Below are positions 19,136-27,129 of a stretch of DNA of 64,000 nucleotides, piece after piece. Position numbers and translations under genes: made by a program. How positions within the stretch are numbered: the stretch's first letter is position 1; every line of letters begins with the position of its first letter. The notes under the pieces are model-generated. The model was not told where the DNA came from and searched no databases. It saw nothing but the letters and a program-made list of their open reading frames with translations. Origin of the DNA: Pseudomonadota bacterium (GTDB taxonomy: Bacteria > Pseudomonadota > Gammaproteobacteria > Xanthomonadales > Xanthomonadaceae); assembly GCA_040386495.1 (NCBI GenBank), contig JAZKFJ010000016.1, positions 19,142-83,141 on the forward strand. The letters run 5' to 3'.

Positions 19136-19426
19136 GTGAGCGCGATCGTTTTAGCGGACGAGGTGGTTCTGGATGTCCAACGCATCCTCGATGACCCGTG
19201 CGAGCACGCGCAGGCGGATCAACGTCCGACCTGCATGATCGATGCGTTCGAGGTGCTCGGCAGCAGCCCACGGATCGGCCAGCCGTCCGCCAACGGATGC
19301 CGCGAGCTGGTCATCGGCCGGGGTCGGCAGGTTTGCGTCGCACTCTATCGTTATGACGAATCGGCGGACATGGTGACGATCCTCGCCATCCGCGCCCAGA
19401 AAGAATCCGGATATCACCTTTTATGA
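19136..19426 (+). CDS. RelE/ParE family type II toxin
   Basis: GTG start at 19136, 96 aa. The C-terminal pattern CRELVIGRGRQVCVALYRYDESADMVTILAIRAQKE is typical of ParE toxins. The stop overlaps the next gene start (ATGA). Confidence 0.7.
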   Translation: MSAIVLADEVVLDVQRILDDPCEHAQADQRPTCMIDAFEVLGSSPRIGQPSANGCRELVIGRGRQVCVALYRYDESADMVTILAIRAQKESGYHLL

Positions 19427-20160
19427 CAAACCCCCACCTTTCCGTCGTCGTCCCCGTGTTCAACGAGCGAGACAACGTGACGCCGTTGATCGACGAAATC
19501 ACCGCCGCGCTGCGCGGCAACGCGCTCCTGAAAGGCGAGGCGTTCGAGATCGTCTATGTCGACGACTGCTCGCGCGACGACACGCTGGATGTGTTGAAAA
19601 AACTCAAGGCCGACGTGCCGGAGCTGCGCGTCATCAGGCACGTCACCCAGAGCGGGCAGAGCACCGCGGTGCGCACCGGCGTGAAGCAGGCGCGCGGTGC
19701 GTGGATCGCCACCCTCGACGGCGACGGCCAGAACGATCCGGCGGATATTCCGAAGCTTTTGGCCGAACGCGAAACCTCTGCCGCCGACGTGAAGCTGTTC
19801 GCCGGCTGGCGCGTGCAGCGCAAGGACACCGGCAGCAAACGCTGGGCGTCGAAACTCGCGAACGCGATCCGCAGCCGCATGCTGCAGGACGCCACGCCCG
19901 ACACCGGCTGCGGGATCAAGCTGTTCGAACGCGAGGCCTTCCTCGACCTGCCGTATTTCAACCACATGCACCGCTATCTGCCCGCGCTGATGCAGCGCGC
20001 CGGCTGGAAGACCGTCAGCGTGCCGGTGAACCACCGCCACCGCGCCAGCGGCGTGTCGAAATACAACAACCTCAACCGCGCGCTGGTCGGCCTGCGCGAC
20101 CTGCGCGGCGTGGCGTGGCTGATCGCGCGCAGCAAGCGCACCGCGGTCGAGGAGCTTTAG
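19423..20160 (+). CDS. family 2 glycosyltransferase (polyprenyl-phosphate glycosyltransferase, ArnC/DPM1-like)
   Basis: LSVVVPVFNERDNV, VYVDDCSRDDT and LDGDGQNDP (DXD) are present. Confidence 0.85.
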   Translation: MTNPHLSVVVPVFNERDNVTPLIDEITAALRGNALLKGEAFEIVYVDDCSRDDTLDVLKKLKADVPELRVIRHVTQSGQSTAVRTGVKQARGAWIATLDGDGQNDPADIPKLLAERETSAADVKLFAGWRVQRKDTGSKRWASKLANAIRSRMLQDATPDTGCGIKLFEREAFLDLPYFNHMHRYLPALMQRAGWKTVSVPVNHRHRASGVSKYNNLNRALVGLRDLRGVAWLIARSKRTAVEEL

Positions 20161-20162
20161 GC

Positions 20163-20504
20163 ATGCCGATCGACATCATGAATGCGCCGATCTCCTGGCT
20201 GGAGTGGACCGGCATCCACATGAGCCCATGGAAGCTGATCGGCCTGACCGGCGCGCTGATGTTCGGCGGCCGCTGGCTGGTGCAGTTCATCGCCAGCAAG
20301 CGCGAAGGCAAGCCGGTGATCCCGCGCCTGTTCTGGTACATGAGCATCGTCGGCAGCCTGATGACGCTGAGCTACTTCATCTTTTCGCAGAAGCAGGATT
20401 CGGTCGGCATCATCCAGAACCTGTTCCCCGCGTTCACCGCCGTCTACAGCCTCTATCTGGACATCAAGCATCGCGGCTGGCATCGCGACCGCAATACGCA
20501 TTGA
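20163..20504 (+). CDS. lipid-A-disaccharide synthase N-terminal domain-containing membrane protein (LAB_N)
   Basis: PWKLIGLTGALMFGGRWLVQFIASKREGKPVIPRLFWYMSIVGSLMTLSYFIFSQKQDSVGIIQN. This small 3-TM protein is the usual partner of the GT2 gene. Confidence 0.8.
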   Translation: MPIDIMNAPISWLEWTGIHMSPWKLIGLTGALMFGGRWLVQFIASKREGKPVIPRLFWYMSIVGSLMTLSYFIFSQKQDSVGIIQNLFPAFTAVYSLYLDIKHRGWHRDRNTH

Positions 20505-20589
20505 TCGGCCCCCGCAGCCAATCAAGCGGCGACGAAAACGATGCCGTGCCAACGGCTGACGACAGCGAAACGCGAACGATGCCTGTAGA

Positions 20590-21912
20590 TCACGTCGCCG
20601 GCGTGCGCAGCCGCAGCCCGGCATAGATCAGCATCAGCGCCGCCAGCGCGACCCCGATCGCGATCCATTCCTTGCTGGTCAGCGTGGTGACGATGGCCAG
20701 CATCGCCGCGAACGCGATCAACGGAATGACCGGGCCGCCCGGCAGCACGAAGGGCTCGCCACGCTCGCGCAGGTTCACGCGCTGCGCGCGCCACGCGGCC
20801 AGGCTGACCAGGCCGTACATCAGGCAGATCGCGCCGCCCGAGATCAGCGCCAGCGTGTCGAAGCTGCCGCCCAGCGCGAGCACCCAGGCCAGACCGGCAT
20901 GCGCGATCAGCGCCAGCAACGGCACGCGATGGGTGGCGGTGACCCGGCCGAACGCGCGCGGCAGGTAGCCGTCGCGGCCCAGCGCGAATACCAGCCGCGA
21001 GGTGCCCAGCAGATTGCCCAGCATGAATCCCGCCATCGAGATGCAGGCGGTGATCAGCAGCAGCGTGCGTCCCGGCCCCCACAGCGCCGCGGCGGTGTCG
21101 GCGATCGGCACGCCGCTTTCGGCGAGCTTCGGACCGAGCAGGCCCTGGCCGACGATCTGCAGGCCCAGATACAGCAGCACCACCAGCAGGATCGCGGCGA
21201 TGGTCGCGCGCGGCACGTTGCGCGCGGGGTCGCGCAGCTCGCCCGACGGCACAAGCGCGGTCTCCATGCCGGAGTAGGCGAACATCACCAGCACCATCGA
21301 CGCGCCCAGCGCGGACACCGACGGCACGTCGCCGAAGGAGAAGCTCACAAGATTCCAGTCGACGAAGAACACGCCGACGCCGGCAAGCACGAACAGCGGC
21401 GCGAGTTTCAGCGTCGCCAGCACCGCGATCGCGCGCGCGCCCAGCTTCACGCCGAACGCGTTCAATGCGAACAACAGCAGATAGACCGCCGTGAGCAAGC
21501 CCGCGCGCGCGTAGGGATCGGCAAACGCGGGCACCAGGGTCGCCACCTGTACCGACAGCGCGGCGGCGACGCCGGCGCTGGAGGCGATATTACTGATCCA
21601 CATCAGCGCGCCGGCGAGGAATCCCGCAAACGGCCCGAACACCGCGGTGAGATAGGTGTACGGCCCGCCGGTGGCCTGGGTGCGGCTGCCGATGGCGGCG
21701 AAGCACAGCGCCACCGGCACGATCGCCAGCGCGCCGGCCAACAGCGCCAGCGGCGCGGCGCTGCCCATCTTATCGGCCAGCGCCGACGGCATCCGGAAGA
21801 TCCCGCCGCCGATGATGACGTTGATGACGGCGGCGGTCAGCGCGAACGTGCCGACCGCGCGGATCAATGCGGCGTCGCCTTCCAGCGGACGGGCGGTTGC
21901 GGGTTCGGACAT
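20590..21912 (-). CDS. APC-superfamily amino acid permease
   Basis: Starts at MSEPATARPLEGDAALIRAVGTFALTAAVINVIIGGGIFRMP. It has 12-TM architecture and the typical amino-acid/polyamine permease N-terminal motif. Confidence 0.85.
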   Translation of the reverse strand: MSEPATARPLEGDAALIRAVGTFALTAAVINVIIGGGIFRMPSALADKMGSAAPLALLAGALAIVPVALCFAAIGSRTQATGGPYTYLTAVFGPFAGFLAGALMWISNIASSAGVAAALSVQVATLVPAFADPYARAGLLTAVYLLLFALNAFGVKLGARAIAVLATLKLAPLFVLAGVGVFFVDWNLVSFSFGDVPSVSALGASMVLVMFAYSGMETALVPSGELRDPARNVPRATIAAILLVVLLYLGLQIVGQGLLGPKLAESGVPIADTAAALWGPGRTLLLITACISMAGFMLGNLLGTSRLVFALGRDGYLPRAFGRVTATHRVPLLALIAHAGLAWVLALGGSFDTLALISGGAICLMYGLVSLAAWRAQRVNLRERGEPFVLPGGPVIPLIAFAAMLAIVTTLTSKEWIAIGVALAALMLIYAGLRLRTPAT

Positions 21913-21984
21913 GGGTGCGGCCTGCTGCTGGCGAAGCGCGAAGCCTCGCACGCGCGGTCCGGTTTGACGAGTGCGAGCAACCCG

Positions 21985-22600
21985 CCCTGCAGGGGCGGCG
22001 GAAGCCGCGACCCGCTTTTCTCATCCTCCTGTGGGAGCGACGCAAGTCGCGACGGGCTGCGGAAAACGCATCCGTGAGCCGTCGCGACTTGCGTCGCTCC
22101 CACAAAGGCAGCAGTGCGTTTGGAGGAGTGTGAGAACCCAGCTTTGCAGGAGCAGCGGAAGCGGCGATGACGCGCCGAAAGTCTTGACCAGCCTTCGGCT
22201 GTTGAAAGCCCGTCATCCATCGCGGCTTCCGCCGCTCCTACGGGCGGGCGGTGCGGCACGGTTGCACGCCGCTTGGCGATAGGGGCCGGTGGGACGACAA
22301 GCGCATATCGTCATGGCGACCGGGGAGAACGGACCTGTGAACCCCGCATGCGGCAGCGACCCTGTGGGAGCGACGGAAGTCGCGACTGGCTGCGGACCGT
22401 GCATCCGTAAGCCGTCGCGACTTCCGTCGCTCCCACAACAGCGGTGCGTTTCCACGAGTGCGATAACCCCGGCTTTGTAGGAGCGGCGGAAGCCGCGATG
22501 ACGCGCCGAAAGTCTTGGCCAGCCTTCGGCTGTTGAAAGCCCGTCACCCATCGCGGCTTCCGCCGCTCCTACAAGTGGGCGGTGCGCCGCATGGGTTAGC
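21985..22600. repeat. dense REP cluster with two about 235-bp composite copies (22028-22262 and 22361-22597)
   Basis: Each composite holds two inverted pairs. The first is CCTGTGGGAGCGACG(C/G)AAGTCGCGAC...GTCGCGACTT(G/C)CGTCGCTCCCACA. The second is T(G/T)(C/T)AGGAGC(A/G)GCGGAAGC(G/C)GCGATGACG...CGTCA(T/C)CCATCGCGGCTTCCGCCGCTCCTAC. Confidence 0.85.
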
Positions 22601-22629
22601 ATCGCCGGACTCATCGGAGACCCGACCGC

Positions 22630-23955
22630 ATGCGCACGACCCTGCTCGCCCTGTCCCTTGCTTCCGCGTGCCTCACCTGCGCGCTCGGCGCGCCGCTCGC
22701 GCACGCCGCCGACATGGCGCGGCCCGAAGTGCGCGCCCAGGCCGAACGACTGGCCCCGAAAGTGCTGGCCTGGCGCCGCGACATCCACCAGCACCCGGAA
22801 CTCGGCAACCGCGAAGTGCGCACCTCGAAACTGGTCGCCGACCACCTGCGCGCGCTCGGCCTGGAGGTGAAGACCGGCATCGCCACCACCGGCGTGGTCG
22901 CGGTGCTCAAGGGCGGCAAGCCCGGCCCGCGCATCGCGATCCGCGCCGACATGGACGCGCTGCCGGTCACGGAACGCCACGCGCTGCCGTTCGCGTCGAA
23001 GGCCACCTCGACCTTCCGCGGCGAGACCGTCGGTGTCATGCACGCCTGCGGTCACGACGCCCACACCGCGACCCTGATGGGCGTGGCCGAAGCGATGGCG
23101 GTGATGAAGGCCGACCTACCGGGGGAAGTTCTGTTCGTGTTCCAGCCGGCCGAGGAAGGCCCGCCGGACGGCGAGGAGGGCGGCGCCGAGGAAATGCTGA
23201 AACAGGGCATCTTCCGCGACTTCAAACCCGAGGCGGTGTTCGGCCTGCACGTCTTCAGCACCCTCAACGCCGGACAGATCGGCTATCGCGCCGGCCCGGC
23301 GATGGCCGCGTCGGACCGCTTCAACATCGTCATCAAGGGCCGGCAGACGCATGGCTCGCGGCCGTGGGGCGGCGTGGACCCGATCGTCGCCGCGGCCGAT
23401 GTCATCGGCACCGCGCAGACCATCGTCAGCCGCCGCCAGAACATCTCGAAGCTGCCGGTGGTCGTCACCTTCGGCGCGATCAAGGGCGGCATCCGCTACA
23501 ACATCATTCCCGACCAGGTGGAAATGATCGGCACCGTCCGCACCTTCGACGAAGGCATGCGCCAGGCGGTGTTCAAGGATCTGCAGAACGTCGCCGAACA
23601 CGTCGCCGCCGCGCACGGCGCGACCGCGGTGGCGCAGATCCCGGACACCAAGGGCAACCCGGTGACGGTCAACAACCCGGCGCTGACCGCGAAGCTGCTG
23701 CCCAGCCTCGAACGCGCGGTCGGCAAGGAGAACGTGGTCGAAATGGGCCTGAACATGGGCGCCGAGGATTTCTCTTTCTATGCCCGCGAAGTACCCGGCT
23801 TCTTCTTCTTCGTCGGCGCCACGCCGAAGGGCCAGGACGCCGGCAAGGCGCCGTCGAACCATTCGCCGGAGTTCTTCCTCGACGAATACGCACTGGACGT
23901 GGGCCTGCGCGCGATGCTGCAGGTGACGCTGGATTATCTGCATGGCCCGACCTGA
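22630..23955 (+). CDS. secreted M20D-family amidohydrolase (aminoacylase / carboxypeptidase-like)
   Basis: A signal peptide is present. WRRDIHQHPELGNRE, IAIRADMDALP, MHACGHDAH and FQPAEEG are M20D metal-ligand motifs. Confidence 0.85.
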   Translation: MRTTLLALSLASACLTCALGAPLAHAADMARPEVRAQAERLAPKVLAWRRDIHQHPELGNREVRTSKLVADHLRALGLEVKTGIATTGVVAVLKGGKPGPRIAIRADMDALPVTERHALPFASKATSTFRGETVGVMHACGHDAHTATLMGVAEAMAVMKADLPGEVLFVFQPAEEGPPDGEEGGAEEMLKQGIFRDFKPEAVFGLHVFSTLNAGQIGYRAGPAMAASDRFNIVIKGRQTHGSRPWGGVDPIVAAADVIGTAQTIVSRRQNISKLPVVVTFGAIKGGIRYNIIPDQVEMIGTVRTFDEGMRQAVFKDLQNVAEHVAAAHGATAVAQIPDTKGNPVTVNNPALTAKLLPSLERAVGKENVVEMGLNMGAEDFSFYAREVPGFFFFVGATPKGQDAGKAPSNHSPEFFLDEYALDVGLRAMLQVTLDYLHGPT

Positions 23956-24439
23956 GCGGAGCGCCTTCTTGAAAATATCCCGTGTTTTCGCGTTGACAGC
24001 TCTCGTCGTCTCGCTGCCGACACTCGCGGGCGAAAACCTGCCTGCGCTCGGCGGCAGCTATCGCGTTCGTGGCGAGTGCCATCAACGCAGCGCTGATGGC
24101 GAATACAAACGCTGCGTCGCATGGAATGAACTCATATTGACGCCAAGCGCTACCGCCGGCAGTTACCGCTACACGCTGGAAACCAACACCTTCGCGACCA
24201 CCCAGGGCGGCTGCTCACTGGAAGGCACGCTTTTGCCCGAAACAAAGGGCAATCAGCTCTACCTGATCGCTACCGCTGACGACGGTGCTGCCTGCCCCGT
24301 CAGATTCAGGGTCGAAAAAAAGGCGTTGACGCTCGATATGCACGCTGAACAAGCCGACAGCCCCGCATGCCGGAACAGCTGCAGCAGCAACGCTTCGCTC
24401 TACACCGATCCATTCCCGAGAGCGTCACGGAAAAAGTAG
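23942..24439 (+). CDS. hypothetical secreted Cys-containing protein
   Basis: A 165-aa ORF with a hydrophobic N-terminus (VFALTALVVSLPTLAG). I recognise no family, and the start overlaps the previous gene by 14 nt. Confidence 0.4.
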   Translation: MARPERSAFLKISRVFALTALVVSLPTLAGENLPALGGSYRVRGECHQRSADGEYKRCVAWNELILTPSATAGSYRYTLETNTFATTQGGCSLEGTLLPETKGNQLYLIATADDGAACPVRFRVEKKALTLDMHAEQADSPACRNSCSSNASLYTDPFPRASRKK

Positions 24440-24505
24440 CGCGTTCACATCCACGTATCTTCATCGCCCGGGCACAGCACGCCTACGAGCAGACGAGCTT
24501 TTCAT

Positions 24506-25336
24506 ATGCACACCGACATCCCCCTCGGCCGCGAGGTCGCGTATCCGTCGCATTACGACGCCGGCCTGCTGTTCCCGATCCCGCGCACCTTGGGCCGCGC
24601 CGAGATCGGCATCGACACCGACGCGCCATCGCTGCCTTTCATCGGCCACGACCGCTGGCATGCCTACGAACTGAGCTGGCTGGACGCGCGCGGCAAGCCG
24701 GTGGCCGCGACCGCGACGCTGGCGGTGCCGGCGGCGTCGCCGATGTTGATCGAATCCAAATCGCTGAAGCTCTATCTGAATTCGCTCAACGCCGCGCGTT
24801 TCGACTCCGCAGACCACGTGCGCGACACGCTGGTCGCCGACCTGTCGCGGGTCGCGGGCGCGACGGTCGCGGTCGATTTCGGGCTACCGCCGTTCGCCGT
24901 CGACGGCGATGCGGCTTTGGAAGGTACGATCCTGATCGACACGCTGGATCTCGACATCGACGACTACGGTCCGCCGAACGCGGCTTACCTCGCGTCCGAC
25001 GGTGATGCCGTCGTCGAAGAAACGCTGCGCTCCGACCTGCTGAAATCCAACTGTCCGGTGACCGGGCAACCGGACTGGGCCAGCGTGCGCATCGCCTATC
25101 GCGGCGCGCGGATCGACCGCGCCGGGCTATTACGCTACCTAGTGTCGTTCCGCGACCACGCCGAGTTCCACGAGCAGTGCGTGGAGCGGATCTTCGTCGA
25201 CATCATGGCGCGCTGTCGGCCGCGAACGCTGTCGGTGGAAGCGCGCTACACGCGTCGCGGCGGACTGGACATCAACCCGTGGCGCGCCACGCCCGGCGCA
25301 TCGCCGCCGGCCGCCGGTCGCGACGAACGGCAGTAG
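24506..25336 (+). CDS. queF: NADPH-dependent 7-cyano-7-deazaguanine reductase, two-domain type
   Basis: [33 protein letters not shown] (catalytic Cys), FHEQC and [10 protein letters not shown] are present. Confidence 0.9.
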   Translation: MHTDIPLGREVAYPSHYDAGLLFPIPRTLGRAEIGIDTDAPSLPFIGHDRWHAYELSWLDARGKPVAATATLAVPAASPMLIESKSLKLYLNSLNAARFDSADHVRDTLVADLSRVAGATVAVDFGLPPFAVDGDAALEGTILIDTLDLDIDDYGPPNAAYLASDGDAVVEETLRSDLLKSNCPVTGQPDWASVRIAYRGARIDRAGLLRYLVSFRDHAEFHEQCVERIFVDIMARCRPRTLSVEARYTRRGGLDINPWRATPGASPPAAGRDERQ

Positions 25337-25427
25337 TCCGCGGCTGCGAAAAACACACGCCATCGATATGGTTTCTTAACATTCGCCGTGTCACTGTGGT
25401 TCGGCCATCCGGCAGGAGCCGTCCGAC

Positions 25428-25778
25428 ATGACCACACCCGATAAGAAACCCGATTTTTCCAATGTGCAGAGTTCGGCGACCAGCACCGAGCAGGCCCGGC
25501 CCGACTTCAGCAACGTCCAGACCACCGTCGCCACCACCGAGCAGATCACCGGCGGCGAAGGCGGCGGCACAGGCGCACAGACTTACACCATCGAGAAGGG
25601 CGACACGCTGTCGGCCGTCTCCAAGCGCTTCTACGGCAAGGCCAAGTTCTGGCGCCAGATCTACGAGGCCAACCGCGACACGATCGAGGATCCGGACCGG
25701 ATCTTCCCGGGGCAGACCATCAAGCTGCCGGCGATCGATGTCGACGGCGACGGCGATCTCGACGATCCCTCGACCTGA
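25428..25778 (+). CDS. LysM domain-containing protein
   Basis: YTIEKGDTLSAVSKRFYGKAKFWRQIYEANRDTIEDPDRIFPGQTIKLP is a LysM fold signature. Confidence 0.8.
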   Translation: MTTPDKKPDFSNVQSSATSTEQARPDFSNVQTTVATTEQITGGEGGGTGAQTYTIEKGDTLSAVSKRFYGKAKFWRQIYEANRDTIEDPDRIFPGQTIKLPAIDVDGDGDLDDPST

Positions 25779-25858
25779 GTGATCGACCGACTCGTCGCGC
25801 CGCACGCACACCGCCTTCGCATCAGAACATCCACATGACCGCCCCGAGGATCCAACCC

Positions 25859-26371
25859 ATGAATCGCACGCGTCCGCTCCAAAGCACACTGACCCAAGCC
25901 CTGCTCGTCGCCGTCATCGGCAGCGTCGCCATCGTCGGCTGCAAGAAAAAGGAAGAAGCCGTTGCGCCGCCCGCCATCAGCGAGCCGGCCCCCGCGCCCG
26001 TACCGGCGCCGGTCGCCGCCACCGCGTCGGTCACCACCGTCGAACTGGGCAACGCCGTCGGCCCGGACATGAAGCTCACGTCCACCGGCACCACCTTCAA
26101 GCCCAAGGACACCATCACCGTCTCGATCGGCACCAGCACCAGCGACCCGGCCGCCACCGTCGCCGGCAATATCGGCGCCAAGTGGACCTACGCCAACGGC
26201 GCGGAAACCATGGAAGTGTCGAACGAAAGCAAGGCCCTCAACCTCACCGGCACCGGCTCCACCAACTTCCAGATCGCGAAGCCCGACGGCTTCCCGCCCG
26301 GCAAGTACAAGGTCGAAGTGTCGCTCGATGGTGCGGTGGTGCAGACGAAGGAATTCGAAGTCACCAGGTAA
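25859..26371 (+). CDS. lipoprotein, function unknown
   Basis: MNRTRPLQSTLTQALLVAVIGSVAIVGC has a lipobox (VGC). The alternative ATG at 25835 would give an unusually long n-region. Confidence 0.6.
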   Translation: MNRTRPLQSTLTQALLVAVIGSVAIVGCKKKEEAVAPPAISEPAPAPVPAPVAATASVTTVELGNAVGPDMKLTSTGTTFKPKDTITVSIGTSTSDPAATVAGNIGAKWTYANGAETMEVSNESKALNLTGTGSTNFQIAKPDGFPPGKYKVEVSLDGAVVQTKEFEVTR

Positions 26372-26396
26372 CGCGGTCGCTTCGAGCGTTTCAAGA

Positions 26397-26425
26397 AGGG
26401 CGCGGCTCCGGTCGCGCCCTTTTTC
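26397..26425 (+). terminator. rho-independent terminator after the lipoprotein gene
   Basis: GGGCGCGG-ctccgg-TCGCGCCC followed by TTTTT. Confidence 0.75.
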
Positions 26426-26653
26426 GTGCCTCTTTCTTGCGGATGTCGTTTTGTTCCCGCGAGCGCAACGGCGCGTGTCATCCGCGCGCACTGGATGGCC
26501 CCGGTGAATTGGAATAGTGTGGCCCGGTTCGCCCGCGCGGCGACCGTGGCCCGGCGCTCCTCCCCCTTCCCGTGCCCCTTGCGCCAGTCCGCACGGGAAC
26601 GCCTCTGGAAATCCGGCCATCTCTTCTCTTCAGACCAGCATCAGGAGCGCGAC

Positions 26654-27118
26654 ATGGCCTTCGAACTGACGATCAACGGCAAAGCGGTGCCGGTGGATGC
26701 CCCCGACGACATGCCGCTGCTGTGGGTGTTGCGCGACATCGCCGGATTGACCGGCACCAAATACGGCTGCGGCATGGCCCAGTGCGGCGCCTGCACGGTG
26801 CACGTCGCCGGCCAGCCGATCCGCAGCTGCGTTACCCCGGCCAGTGCGCTGGTCGGCCAGCCCATCACCACCATCGAAGGCGCCGGTGCGACCGGGCCGG
26901 TGGCCAAGGCGGTGCAGGACGCGTGGATCGCCGGTGCGGTCGCACAGTGCGGCTACTGCCAGAGCGGCCAGATCATGTCGGCGATCGCGCTGCTGGACAC
27001 CAACCGCAGCCCCAGCGACGACGACATCGACGCGGCCATGGCCGGCAATCTCTGCCGCTGCGCCACCTATCAGCGCATCCGCGCGGCGATCAAAGCCGCC
27101 GCCACCGCACTCGCGTAA
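26654..27118 (+). CDS. (2Fe-2S)-binding small subunit of a molybdenum hydroxylase (IorA / aldehyde oxidoreductase type)
   Basis: [12 protein letters not shown] and [10 protein letters not shown]...NLCRCATY are the two [2Fe-2S] cysteine clusters. Confidence 0.9.
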   Translation: MAFELTINGKAVPVDAPDDMPLLWVLRDIAGLTGTKYGCGMAQCGACTVHVAGQPIRSCVTPASALVGQPITTIEGAGATGPVAKAVQDAWIAGAVAQCGYCQSGQIMSAIALLDTNRSPSDDDIDAAMAGNLCRCATYQRIRAAIKAAATALA

Positions 27119-27129
27119 GGAGAACGGAC

